A stretch of DNA of 64,000 nt. It comes from Lama guanicoe (Eukaryota). The notes beneath the pieces were generated by a model that made no database searches, had not been told where the DNA came from, and saw only the letters and a program-made list of their open reading frames with translations. Made by a program: the position numbers and the translations under genes. Below, in pieces: positions 11,865-24,739 of this stretch (its first letter is position 1; the number at the start of each line of letters is the position of its first letter). The stretch lies in contig MU053482.1 of the NCBI GenBank assembly GCA_013239625.1, positions 4,415,775 to 4,479,774 on the forward strand, written 5' to 3'.

Positions 11865-13339
11865 AAGATTTTAGGTACTTTCTTGAGAATGATTCCCTAC
11901 ATGAGAGTAATCAGCTCCTTTCCCCACTGGTGTATATATGCAAATTGATGGGAGGTTGCATGGTGGAAGGGCTCCGAGCACCATCTTTGAAGTTTGGGAG
12001 ACTGTGGAAAAGTGACCAACCTCTCTATGCTTCATTTTCAACACTATAAAGTAGGGGTGATACTACTTTGTTTATGATAATACACAGTGATAAAAGTGAA
12101 AATGTAGGGGTGCTACCAGTACCTGCCTTATAAGGTGGTTGAGAGACTTCATTGAGAATATTTATATAAAAGACTTTGCACAATGCCTGGTACCAAGAAG
12201 AACTCAGCAAGAAGCTTCTTATTTTCTTCCCACTTTTATTTCACGATAATTCATTTTGGTGTTCTGGGCTTGCCACCAACAATCCTAAAGGTCTTTTGTA
12301 CTTTCTCACGAGAGTCTTAACATTTTCAAAATCAAATAGGACTCTTGGTGGTTTGTACATATTGCTTAAGCTCCCAGGTGGGCATATAATTTGCTATCTT
12401 CACCCCCACCTCCACCATAAAACTTCCAGGGATATTCTAGGACACTGGTAGCAATGGGGTTGGAATTCTTAATTTTTTTTAATCACCCCACCAAACAGAC
12501 AGTGAGACTAAGGTAGCAACATAAAAATTCTGCAGACAAAACAGCAAAACATGGAACCCACACCAGCCCTAAAATATGAGCAGTTGAAGAAAAAACACAA
12601 ATGCCACCAAGACCTGGTGGCATCAACAAGTGTGCAAGGGGAGCAAAGGAGGGACAGAGGGGTTCATGTTGAACCTGAGACTCAGAGAACCCAAAATGTT
12701 CAACAGAGATGCCCAAGGGAACAGGAAGACAGTCTGGAAGAAGCAGCCATGACAGCAGGTGCCTTGCAGACTTCAGGTTATGAACACGAGGTCAGAGAAT
12801 GCAGGAGCAGACAGGGTTCTATGAACTCTTGGGACTAACAAGAGCTCCCTTCCAAACAAAGGCCTACACTGAATAGAAATTACTCGGAGCAGAATCTAAT
12901 TTATCGAGGACAAAGCGTTAGGGAAAAGGGAAGAAAAGTTTCTGGTAAAACTGGGGGAGTGTAACTGAGCCAACAGGTGTTAGAATATATAAGGTGTATA
13001 TTTGAACCCTTGGAAATAACAACAGCACAGTGAACCCTAGAGCTACGAAGCTAAGAAAACAAACCTGGCCCACCCTCCTCTCCAAAATGAATAGGAGAAC
13101 TCGTGCCCTTTAAGCATGAACAACAACAAAAAGGATTGTGTTTGAATCCCACACAAAGTTATTTTAAGAAAAAAAGAGAATAGTGTGCAGAATAATGTCT
13201 CCACATACTATAAAGTATGCCAGAAATAAAGACTAAAAATGCAGAGAAGGAAACAAAGAAAACCCCAGGCACAGATGGCTGCCTTGATGAATTCTATCAA
13301 AACATTTAAAAGAAATAATGCTAATCTTACAAAACTCTC

Positions 13340-13987
13340 TTTTTTTGTATTATATATATATTTTTTTTAATTGAAGTATAGTCAGTTTACAATGTTGTGT
13401 CAATGTCTGGTTGTAAGCATAATGTTTCAGTCAAACATATACGTGCATATATTCCTTTTTATATTCTTTTTCATTATAGGTTACTACAAGATAATGGTTC
13501 CCTGTGCTACACAGTATAAACTTGTTTATCTATTTTATATATAGTAGTTAGTATCTGCAAATCTTAGACTCCCAATTTATCCCTCCCCACCCCCTTTCTC
13601 CCTACCCCGGTAACCATAAGTTTGTTTTCTATGTCTATGAGTCTGTTTCTGTTTTGTAAATAAGTTCAGATATCATATGGTATTTTTCTTTTTCATTCTG
13701 GCTTACATCACTTAGAATGACGATCTCTAGGTCTATCCATATTGCTGCAAATGGCATTATTTTGTTCTTTTTTATGGCTGAGTAGTATTCAGTTGTATAA
13801 ATATACCACAGCTTCTTTATCCAGTAATCTGTTGGTGGACGTTTAGGTTGTTTCCATGTCTTGGCTATTGTAAACAGTGATGTTATGAACATTGGGGTGC
13901 ACGTATCTTTTCAAATTGGAGTTCCCTCCATATATACACCCAGGAGTGGGATTGCTGGATCACATGGTAAGCCTATTTTTAGTTTTT
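13340..13987 (-). mobile_element. Lineage-specific L1 3' end, antisense, inside older L1
   Basis: Minus ORF 13635-13892 ([11 protein letters not shown]...EYYSAIKKN...MPFAAIW) matches the L1 ORF2 tail; T-rich tail at left. Confidence 0.92.
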
Positions 13988-14371
13988 ATTCTTTTAGAAA
14001 ATAAAAGAGGAGGGAACTCTTCCAAACTAATTTTATGAGACCAGAATAATTTTGGTACTAAAACCCTCTGAAGACATTAGACATTACAGATCAATACTTC
14101 CCATGAATATAGATATAAAACTCTTGAAAATATTACAAGTAAGATACAACAACAAATGAGAAGGATAAAACTTCATGACCAACTAGTGTTTATCACAGGA
14201 ATGCAAGGTTGGTATAACTTTTAAAAAGAAATCAATGTAACAGGAAAAAAAAAAGGAGAAAAATCATGTGATCATTTCAGTAAATGCAGAAAAATTCTTT
14301 CACAAAATTCTATATTCACGACTAAAGAAAAAACATCTCTCAGCAAACTAGGAATAGAACAGGAATTCTTC

Positions 14372-14795
14372 AGTCTTCGTATTTGTATGAGTCTTCTGAG
14401 ATGCAGACACCAAGACAGGATTAGACATGCAAGAGATGTATTAGAGGAAACACTTGTGAGAGGAAATGAGAAGGCCTGGAAGAGGATGAGAGACTTGTCA
14501 GGTCATGATATAAATCTGACCTCAGGTGAAGGAGGAGGGGAAGAAGGCAGATGGTGCAGAAGCATCTGAAACTCCAGTGCAAGTTGTAGGGAGTTAGGCA
14601 AAGCCATCAGGGGGTGCTCAAGCCAATATCCCCTACCACAGAAACCCCACATCTCCTAGGCACTGGCTGGGAGAAGGCTTTGAGAAGTGGGGCATCTGCA
14701 CAAAGTGATGGATTTCAGGTTGCAGCTGCTGAGGCTGTCAGTCTTTCAGCTTCCCACACTTGGGAATCTGAAAGATATATTTTCATAGCCACCGA
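14372..14795 (-). mobile_element. ERVL solo LTR (LTR16-like)
   Basis: GCAGACACCAAGACAGGATTAGACATGCAAGAGATGTATTAGAGGAAACACTTGTGAG resembles reverse LTR16 family; GC-richer island inside L1. Confidence 0.65.
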
Positions 14796-15336
14796 GGTTG
14801 TTATAGGATATCTATGAAAAACCTAAAATTAACCTCATACTTATTGGTAACACATGGAACAATTTTCCTCTAAGATCAAGAATAAGCCAAGGGTGTCTAA
14901 CCTTACCACTTCTATTGTGCCTTGTACTGAAGGTTCCAATTAATGCAATTAAGGAAGAAAAGGTAGAAATATTGGAAAGGGGAAAGTAAATGATTGTATA
15001 TGTAAGATATCTACCCCCAAAATCTACTAATTAATGAGGGAATTTAACAAGATTTCAAGATACAAGGTGAATATACAAAAAATAACTGCATTTCTATATA
15101 CTAGTCACAAATGATGGGGAAAAACTTAATAACACTTATAACAGCAACAATAAATATTTAGGGGTAAATTTAACAAAATACATGCAAGCCCTCCACACTG
15201 AAAACTATAAAATGTCTCTGGGAAATTAAAGAAGTTTAAGATATGTGGAGAGATATAACATGCTCTTGGATTAGAAGGCTCAATATTGTTAAGCTGTCAA
15301 TTATCTCAAAATTGATCTATAGATTCAGTACAATCC

Positions 15337-15710
15337 TGTTAGGAGTTGAACTGTGTCCTACTCAAAATTCATATGTTGAAGCCCTAACTAACCCCCAGTA
15401 TCTCAGAAGGTGACTGTATCTGGAGATGGGGCCTTTAAAGAGGTGATTAGGTTAAAATAAAGTCCTTAGGGTGAGCCCCAATCCAATCTGACAGTGTCCT
15501 TACACGAAGAGAAAATCTGGACACACACAGAGGAAAGACCATGAGAAGACACAGCGTGAAGGCAGCCGTCTGCAAGCCAAGGAGAAAGTCAGCCTGCTGA
15601 CACTTTGATTTTGGACCTCCAGCCTCCAGAACTGTGAGAATATAAATTTCTGTAGTTTAAGTCACCCAGTCTGTGGTATTTTTTTATGGCAGTCCTTTGA
15701 AACTAACACA
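15337..15710 (+). mobile_element. MaLR solo LTR (MLT1A/B-like)
   Basis: TG...CA termini, AAAATTCATATGTTGAAGCCCTAA and CCAGCCTCCAGAACTGTGAGA; 5-bp TSD AATCC/AATCT. Confidence 0.9.
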
Positions 15711-17324
15711 AATCTCCCCCACACCCCTTAAAAAAACTCAGAAGGCTTTTTTATAGAAATTAAAAGTGATTCTAAAATTTAAATGAAAACGCAAAATGGT
15801 CTGGAATAGCCATAACAGTCCTGTTAATTTTTTTAAAAAGTCATAGGACTTTTATTGCCTGATTTCAAAACGTTCAAAAGTTACAGTAAACAGGGCAGTG
15901 TAGTATTGGTGTAAGATAAACAAACCGATCAGTGGAACAGACTAGAGAAAAGAGAAATAGATTCACACATTAATAGTCAATTGATCTTTAACTAAGATGC
16001 TAAGGCAGTTTAATGGGGAAGGAAAAGCCTTTCCAATGACTAAAACAGATATCCACGCTGAAAAGCAAAAATAAACACCTTACACCATATACAAGAAGTA
16101 ATTCAAGATAAAAAATAGATTTAAATGCAAACACTAAAACAACAAAACTAGAAGAAAACATAGGCAAATATTCTTATGACCTTGTGGTAGGGAAAATTTT
16201 TCTAGAGAGGACACAAAATACATTATATACATAAAAAAGAAAATAAATTGGGTTTCACCAAAATTAATAACATCTGCTCATCAAAAGACAGAATTAAGGA
16301 GAAAAAAGTAAGTCACAGACTAAGAGAAAATATTTGCAAAGCATATATTTGACAAAGAAATTGTACCAAAAATATATTAAAAACTCCAATAAATCAATAA
16401 TAAAAAGACCCAAAACTCAATAAAAGGGCAAATGCTTCAAAAAGTACCTTACAAAAGAAGACATATAAATGCCTAATAAGCACAAGAAAAGATGCTAAAC
16501 ATTAGTCATCAAAGAAATTAAAATTAAAATCATAATGAGATGTTACTCTATACCCACTAGAATGGCTAAAATTTAAAAGACTGATAATACCAGTTGTCAA
16601 TGAGGATTTAGAGCAACTGGAACACTCATACATTGTTGATGGATTGTTAATGGTACAAGACTTTGTAAAAATAATTGCCTGTTTCCTTTTTTAAAAAAAT
16701 TTTTTTAGCTTCCCCATTCTTTTTTTTCCCCTTATAGTATAATTGATATATAACATTATATTTGTTTCAGGTAAAATGACTATAAACAAAAAATTTAGTA
16801 AAACAGTATAAAATCAATCTACAAAAATCAAGTCAATATATACAAATAAAAATCAGTTTATACTGGAAGAGAAAACCCCCTTTGTGAAAACCAAATAAAA
16901 TTAAATACCTAGGCATAAATTTAGCAAAAAATGTTCAAAACCTGTATGAAGAAAAACTCCAAAACAATTCAAAAATACACAAAAATAACCTTGCATAAAT
17001 AGAAAGATATATCATATTCTTGGGTAGGAAGACTCAATATCAAAGATTTCAGGCCCCCCTAACTTAATTTATCAAATTTAATTTAACATAATTCATAAAT
17101 TTAATATAATCCAATAAAAATATGACTAATTTTCTTTCTGAAGCTAGATAAGTTTATTATAAAATTCATTTGGAAGAACAGATAAGCAAGAATAGCCAAG
17201 AAGGGAAGATTCTGAAAAAGTTTTAAAAGAAAACAGCTGGAAAAAAAGAGAGAGAGAAGAAAGGGATAGCCTTGTCAGATTTTAAAACATATTATGATGT
17301 CTCTAATTAAAAGTGTGTGGTGCT

Positions 17325-18011
17325 ATGGAGGATATTATGGAGGTCCCTTAAAAAACTGAAAACAGACTTACCACATGATACAGCAATCCCACTCTTGAGC
17401 ATATATGTGGAGAAAATTCTAAATTGAAAAGACACATGCACCCCAATGTTCACAGGAGCACTATTTACAATAGCTAAGACATGGAAACAACCTAAATGTC
17501 CATTGATAGATGACTGGATAAAGAAGCTGTGGCATATTTATATAGTGGAATACTACTCAGCCATAAAAAAGAAAAATCAATGCCATTTGCAGCAACATGA
17601 ATGGACCTAGAGATTGTCACTCTAAGTGAAATAAGCTAGAAAGTGAAAGAAAAATAACATATGATATCACTTATATGTGCAATCTTAAAAAAAGACACAA
17701 ATGAATTTATTTACAAAACAGAAACAGACTCACAGAATAGAGAACAAACTTACGGTTACTGGGGGGATGGGGGTGGGAAGGTATAGATTGGGAGTTCAAG
17801 ATTTACAGACACTAACTACTATATATAAAATAGATATACAGCAAGTTTATACTGTAAAGCACTGGGAACTATATTCAATATCTTATAGTAACCTATAATG
17901 AAAATGAATATGAAAAGGAACATATATATGTGTATGTATGACTAAAACGTTATGTTGTACACCAGAAATGGACACAACATTGTAAACTGATTATACTTCA
18001 GTTAAAAAAAA
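17325..18011 (+). mobile_element. Intermediate-age lineage-specific L1 3' end
   Basis: CAGCAATCCCACTC...GACATGGAAACAACCTAAATGTCC...AACCTATAATGAAAATGAATATG...TATACTTCAGTT then A run. Confidence 0.92.
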
Positions 18012-18019
18012 TGTGTGTT

Positions 18020-19305
18020 AACAATGAAGCTAGAACACTCCCTTACACCATATACAAAAATCAACTCAAAATGGATTAAAGACTTAAACATAAGACCAGA
18101 TACAATAAACCTCCTAGAGGAAAACATAGGCAAAACATTATCTGACATACATTTCAAAAATTTTCTCCTAGAAGAAATAAAAGCAAGAATAAACAAATGG
18201 GACCTAATGAAACTTACAAGCTTCTGCACAGCAAAGGAAACCAGAAGTAAAACAAGAAGAAAACCTACGGAATGGGAGAAAATTTTTGCAAGTGAAACCG
18301 ACAAAGGCTTGATCTCCAGAATATATAAGCAGCTCATATGACTCAATAAGAAAAAAATAAACAACCCAATCCAAAAATGGGCAGAAGACCTAAACAAGCA
18401 ATTCTCCAAGGAAGACATACAAATGATCAAAAAGCACATGAAAAAATGTTCAATATCACTAATTATCAGAGAAATGCAAATCAAAACTACAATGAGGTAT
18501 CACCTCACACCAGTCAGAATGGCCATCATTCAAAAATCCACAAATGACAAATGCTGGAGAGGCTGTGGAGAAAGGGGAACCCTCCTACACTGCTGGTGGG
18601 AATGCAGTTTGGTGCAGCCACTATGGAAAACAGTGTGGAGATTCCTCAAAAGACTAGGAATAGACTTACCATATGACCCAGGAATCCCACTCCTGGGCTT
18701 GTATCCAGAAGGAAATCTACTTCAGGATGACACCTGCACCCCAATGTTCATAGCAGCACTATTTACAATAGCCAAAACATGGAAACAGCCTAAATGTCCA
18801 TCAACAGGTGACTGGATAAAGAAGAGGTGGTATATTTATACAATGGAATACTACTCAGCCATAAAAACCGACAACATAATGCCATTTGCAGCAACATGGA
18901 TGCTCCTAGAGAATGTCATTCTAAGTGAAGTAAGCCAGAAAGAGAAAGAAAAATACCATATGAGATCGCTCATATGTGGAATCTAAAAAACAAAAACAAA
19001 CAAACAAACAAAAACAAAGCATAAATACAGGACAGAAATAGACTCATGGACAGAGAATACAGACTTGTGGTTACCAGGGGGGTAGAGGGTGGGAAGGGAT
19101 AGACTGGGATTTCAAAATTGTAGAATAGATAAACAAGATTACACTGTATAGCACAGGGAAATATACACAAAATGTTATGATAAATCACAGAGAAAAAAAT
19201 GTGACAATGAGTGTGTATATGTCCATGAATGACTGAAAAATTGTGCTGAACACTGGAATTTGACACAACATCGTAAAATGATTATAAATCAATAAAAAAT
19301 GTTTT
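18020..19305 (+). mobile_element. Young 5'-truncated L1 (ORF2 C-terminus plus 3' UTR)
   Basis: ORFs 18015-18341 and 18423-18986 share one frame with one internal TGA; CCHC motif [18 protein letters not shown]; perfect 15-bp TSD AAAAAAATGTGTGTT at 18005-18019 and 19306-19320. Confidence 0.96.
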
Positions 19306-22300
19306 AAAAAAATGTGTGTTGGTGTTACATGTATAGACTCATAGGACAAAATAGAAAATTCAGAAACAGACCTAACTACATTAGGAAATTTAGTATGCTA
19401 TGAAGGCAAAATCTCAGATTAGTGGAGGAAATGATGGTCTTTTTAATCAAAGGTACAGACAGACTGACTGAATAGACATGTGTAAAAATATAAAATTGTA
19501 TTCATTCTCTACATTGTATACCGAGATAAATTCCAAGTGGATGAGAAAGTTAAATGTATTAAAAGGATCCATACAAGTACTGAAAAAAACAAGTCTGAAT
19601 TATTCTACAATCTGAGTGTGAGGGGGAACTTTCCTACCTTTGACTCAATTTCAAGAAGTCATAAGGGAAAAGATTAATGAATTTTATTACATGAAAATAA
19701 GACAAACAAAAACCTGTTTACTTACATAGGAAAAAAAAACACCCTAAGGAAAGTAAAGAGACTTATAAATAACAAAGTTTTTCAACTTTTATCATAGATA
19801 AAGGGTTAATATTTCTATATTTAAACAACTTTTTAAAAGAAAGAACAAAAGATCGATAATCATATAGAGAAAAAAAGGCTGGAGATACATACAGACAAAT
19901 CACAGAAAATGAAATGCAAATGCCTTTTATCTATATGAAAAGCTCTTGATTGTGTACATAATAAAAGGCAAATTTAAAATATAGTAATATGCTATTTTTC
20001 CACTTATCCGAGGGGCAAAAACCCAGTAATTGGACAAATTCTCTTTTGTCCAGGCTTTGAGAAAACAGGCACTTCCATCACTGCTGGAAACAATGCAAAA
20101 AGGCACAAATCCAATGGAGAGGAATTTGGCAATATCTAGCAAAATCATGTATGCACTCTGACCCAGGAAGCCTATTTGTCGGAATCTGTCCTAAAGAAAC
20201 AATGACAGAAACACAAAAACATGAAAACATATTTTTGTAATAGCGAAAACCCAAATGTCCATCAGTAGGGGACTAGTTGAATAAACTTTGATATAGTCAA
20301 ATAGTTAAGTACAATGCAACTATAGAAGGGAACGTGGAACATCTATAAGTCGCCATGGTATGATTCTCAGAATATAATGCTAAGTGAGAAAAAGGTGAAC
20401 TAAAGTATATATAATAAGCTACCATCTATCTAAGAAAGTATATATGTATGCATGTAAGGTTTTGCTTATGTAAAAATTATGGAAGCGTAAACCATAAAAT
20501 AAATAAAATTGTCTAAAGGGAAAGGAGGAAAAAGAGAGATGAGTTTGGGATACAAGCTGGACTTCTTTGAATAATATCTTGTTTTTTAGACTCAATTTTA
20601 GAACCATGAAAATGTTTTAGGTGGTTATAAATTACATTGAATCAGAATAAAAAAGGCAATTCCTAAAATTAAGGGGAAAATAAAATAAATGGCCCTAACT
20701 GTGCACTGAATTGATGGCTTAATTATGCAGAAGCATGTTATTTTAAATGATTTGAAAATACAGTAATTCAAATGTCTGCCTCTAGTAAGATGTACCTAAG
20801 ATCTGCAATAATAATAATAATAATATTTTCACTAATCATACATTTGATATTGATTTGATATGAATAGATGTGTGTAGGTGTTTAAAACGGGATAAAGAAA
20901 ATAAGCAATCATGCCATTGTCATTAAGAACCAAGACTTTTAGCATAAAAGAAAAAGATGCATAATAAAATCAAAGAAGTTAAGCAAAGCCCTGTGATCCT
21001 AAATTTGAATTGAAAATATCAGTATAAACTTACAGCATGTTTTCTCTTTAAGAAATATTTTCACTTCCAAAATTGGACATCTTTTCTTTCCAAAAAGCAA
21101 GGAATCTATCAACAACAACTAAGGTCATGGTTGTGTCAGAAATTGGGAAGTAGCTCAGGAAAGAAGCGCCCATTCACTGGCCAGAGATGGGAAAATCTGA
21201 GAATCAAAGAGAACACTGGTTGCAATGGGTTGAAACATATGGAGTATTTTTAAATCCATGACTTCCTAATGATACTATAAAACAAAAAGTCTCATTGGTC
21301 ACCACTGGAGGATGTAAAGGAACCAACCCACTAATTCTGAATACTGGTTAAGTGTAGGGAAAGAATCAAGCATTTAACCCATTTTTTCCTGATTAAACTG
21401 TCATAAATTGAACACATAGTTGATAAGAAAATAGTTCTTTATGGGAATAGCCCAGGTAATAAATGAGGAACTAATGATAGAGTTAGAATGTCACCATTTT
21501 TCAAATCCCCAAATGAAATCATTGATCTGGGTAATGCTTACCAATGGCCGTTATATCACAAAGGAGACAACCAGTCATTATGAGATGGCTGATGGAAGCA
21601 CACAACAGTACCTACAATATAGCCTTGAAAATAACAAATGAATCTGAATCAGACCAAGTCACTAGGCTGAGCTGCCATGTTATGGGAAATATAAGGGACA
21701 AAGGAGCAAGATAGGTAACACCACAGTGGTGCAGTCCTATCTGGGAAGTAGGAAATGACGTGGTCTCTTCAACAAATTAATTGCAAGGGAATAAAAAGAG
21801 GGCAGGGGAATCTATAAATCAAAGAGACTAAAAGAAATACCAGCCACTTGCAATGTATGACTCTTATTTAGAATCTGATTCATCTGAAAAAAATAGGAGA
21901 CAATTGTGGAAATTTGAACACTAGCTAGATATTTAATGGTATTAAGAACTTGCTGATTTTCTTCCTTGTACTCATGATAAGATTGTTCTTTTAAAAAGCT
22001 CTTATCTCTTAGAAAGGCATACACAAATATTTATAGGTGAAACAATATGATTTGGGGGATGTGTTTGAAATAGTCTGGCAGGAAAAGTATAAATGAAATG
22101 AAAGTGGCCGTGAGTTTACTGTGTGGCTGAGTGACAGGTACATGAGGGTTCCTTGTACTATTATGTCTAATTTTTTTAATTTATGTATTTGTAGTAATGA
22201 CTTGTAATACAAAAGTTCACAACGGGGTAATCACTGTATTTCAGTGAAGGTAGACCATTTGAAAGGAGAGAACTGGGCAGGACAATCCATTCTGCAGAAA

Positions 22301-22747
22301 TTTACCCCAAAATGTATCTTTTCTGGGGCAGGGGTGCTTTTTAGGCAGCCACACTTTTGCTAGGGCTGAATGACTTGTGAAAAAAACGTCCCACTCAGAG
22401 TGTAGAGTGCCAACAAATCTCTCCATCTGGAGAGGCTGCCAAGACTTGACACAGGATCCTGGCAGCCCCGGCCTCCTTCCCAGGCTAAAACAGCATTTCC
22501 TAAAAGCTGGTCTGAGACATTCTGTCAATCCACAGTCAGGAGGTGGCTACCCTGCTGGCATGTCCAATAACATACCTCTGATACTTAGGTACCTCAGTCA
22601 CCTCTTCTGCAAAGAAGTCCTCTCTGATCCACCTTGTCCATGGAGAGCTCTCCTTCTGTAGGTTTTAACAGTTGCTTTTTCAACAAAAATTCCCTGCCTG
22701 TACTGCTTACACTGCCTCTGTTTCTTCAGACATATTTCTATCCAAAT

Positions 22748-22749
<2 letters not shown>

Positions 22750-22783
<34 letters not shown>
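22750..22783. repeat. (CA)17 microsatellite
   Basis: Direct read. Confidence 0.97.
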
Positions 22784-22784
<1 letters not shown>

Positions 22785-22817
22785 TTTAACTATCGTATCT
22801 TACAAGAATAGGTACCA

Positions 22818-22936
22818 GTGCTTGCTTAGCAGCACATATATTAAAATTTGGAACAACACAGAAAGGATTAGCATGGCCCCTGTGCAAGGATGACATGCAA
22901 ATTCATGAAGCGTTTCATATTCTAAATTAAAAAAAA
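22818..22936 (+). pseudogene. U6 snRNA retropseudogene, full length, with A tail
   Basis: GTGCTTGCTTAGCAGCACATATATTAAAATTTGGAAC...GATTAGCATGGCCCCTGTGCAAGGATGACATGCAAATTCATGAAGCGTTTCATATT matches U6 with CpG decay; TSD AAGAATAGGTACCA at 22804-22817 and 22937-22950. Confidence 0.96.
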
Positions 22937-23165
22937 AAGAATAGGTACCATATACCCATTATCTGCTGTGTCAGGCACTGCTCAGCCCTTTGCATTCAGA
23001 CCTCACAATGACCCTGAGAGGAGGAATTATTGGCCCATTTTACAGATGAGGAGATGGAGGCAGAAGCTTTAAGTAACTTGACCAAAGCCACAAAGCTGGT
23101 AAATGGAGAGCTGGGATTTAAATTCAGGTCTATCTGCTTGCAAAGCATGTTTATTGAATCACTAT
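22937..23165 (-). mobile_element. MIR SINE
   Basis: CCCATTTTACAGATGAGGAGATGGAGGC...AAGTAACTTGACCAAAGCCACA...GAGCTGGGATTTAAATTCAGG. Confidence 0.88.
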
Positions 23166-24739
23166 GCTGAATTGCCTTCTTTAGCAGCAAAGTGGCTATT
23201 CAGTCAGTGTTTGCCAGAAGATACATGAATCTAGCTGAGAAATTCAGGCATGCTGCTCCATGTCTCCCTTCCACATCTTCATTATGTCCTAATGTCAGGC
23301 ATCGTCTCTGCTCCATTTAGTGGTGGGGCGGAAAGATGCATTCCACTGGGCCTGGAAGAATATAAACACATCTGGAAAGAGGCCACTGCAGGGCAAACCA
23401 TACTCCACCCAGAGTGAGGACAGGAGGGGGTGTCTATAAATAATCAGAAGAGTGTGAAGAGATTCTTTCCCCTGGGGCTCCCTTCGCAAAAGGTTGATGG
23501 TAATTGATGAGGCTACAAGGACATGCCAATCCTTCTGCTCTTAGAACCAGGTGTGATTATTTACAGAAATGTCACTTTCCCAGCCCTCACTCCCCATCTC
23601 TGCCAGAGGCTTGGAGATCAGCAAATATCAATTTAGTGCTGCCCTGGGGCACACGGCAATGAGCCACCTGTACACCCATTGCCTACAAACCAGGCTCAGG
23701 CTCCCACTCGGACTGAGAGCTTCTTCCTCTTTGGAAATTTGAAGAGAGGGAGGGAGAGGGATCACAGGTTTCCCCCCTTTCCAGGCAGAGAGAGGTCAGG
23801 TGACCTCCCTGGAACCATATCACAAACCACCATGTCAATAAAATCTGGAGTTCCCACACTGCTCAGCTCACAGTAGGGGAAATAAATAGACCGCTGGACC
23901 AGAAGTCAGAAGTGTGGGTACTGACCCCAGATGGGCCGTCTGTTTGCAATCAGTGTCTGAGTTGCAGCTCCCACTCCTGTAAAAGGAGGCTAGTCTTCAG
24001 TTACATGCCAGATTTTCAGTTTTTGAAAAGAATAAATTAAGTGATCCTGTTAAATGATTTGTACCGTGTGAGAGATCATCATTACTATAGTCATTATTAC
24101 CATGCAGTCCTAGAAGCCACTGTTAGCAGTGCCCAACATAGGTCTTTAAAAATGCCTTAAACCTGTACTGCCAGCACTTTCGTGGCCTTGCAGGTTAGTG
24201 ATCAGCCCAAATTACCTTGAAAAACATAAAAACCAAACCTATGAACAAAAGGTAGAGAATAAACAACAGTTTGCCCATGTACAGACTAGACCTGGGGATT
24301 CTTACCCATGGATTATCAAAGGGAACCTGGGCAGGATGGGAGGTTGAGTTTTGAAAGCATCCGAAAGGAAACTTTTATTTTTACAGTATCCCTTTCCATT
24401 TTAAATAGAAACATGAGTCAGAGACAGAAACTCTGTAGGTCTTCTATTGTGCACTACAGCAAATTCAGTAACAATTCCACCTGCTGCACCAGGAAGCCGT
24501 GGTATCACAGAGTCCACGAAGGACAGGGTGGTACCCACGCCAGACCTCCTGGACGAGGATACTCCCTGTGGGGCCCATGACTCCCTGGGATAGGAGCTTG
24601 AGCCCCAGGATGGAAGACAGAGACTCTTCTGTCAGCCAGGCTACTGAATTATCTGTCCTTGGTGCTGGGTTGAAGGAGTAAAACCATTTTAGTTGCTATT
24701 TCAACTGTGCTCTCCTATTGTAAACCCTCCCTCCAAACT

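Larger units (their letters stand above)
13260..16685 (+). mobile_element. Old L1M ORF2 relic interrupted by three later insertions
   Basis: Degenerate ORF2 landmarks in order (CCCAGGCACAGATGG, GGAATGCAAGGTTGG, CTAAGATCAAGAATAAG, AGAAGAAAACATAGG, CCCACTAGAATGGCTAAAAT); sequence resumes across the inserts. Confidence 0.85.
16770..22215 (+). mobile_element. Second old L1 (L1MC/L1ME-like) ORF2 and 3' UTR relic, host to nested inserts at 17325-19305
   Basis: Degenerate ORF2 sequence continuous across the insert (GTCAGATTTTAAAACATATTAT...AAAAGTGTGTGG | ...AAAATAGAAAATTCAGAAACAGACC), then long AT-rich 3' UTR. Confidence 0.75.

Noticed and set aside
12470..13250. Possible ancient L1/HAL1 5' region
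   Set aside because: A-rich and suggestive, but I cannot match it to a family with confidence.
18015..18986. Longest protein-like ORFs as a host gene
   Set aside because: They are the L1 ORF2 C-terminus in a 5'-truncated copy with an internal stop.
22818..22923. Functional U6 gene
   Set aside because: A tail, TSD, CpG decay, altered ACAGAGA box; upstream is a CA repeat rather than PSE/TATA.
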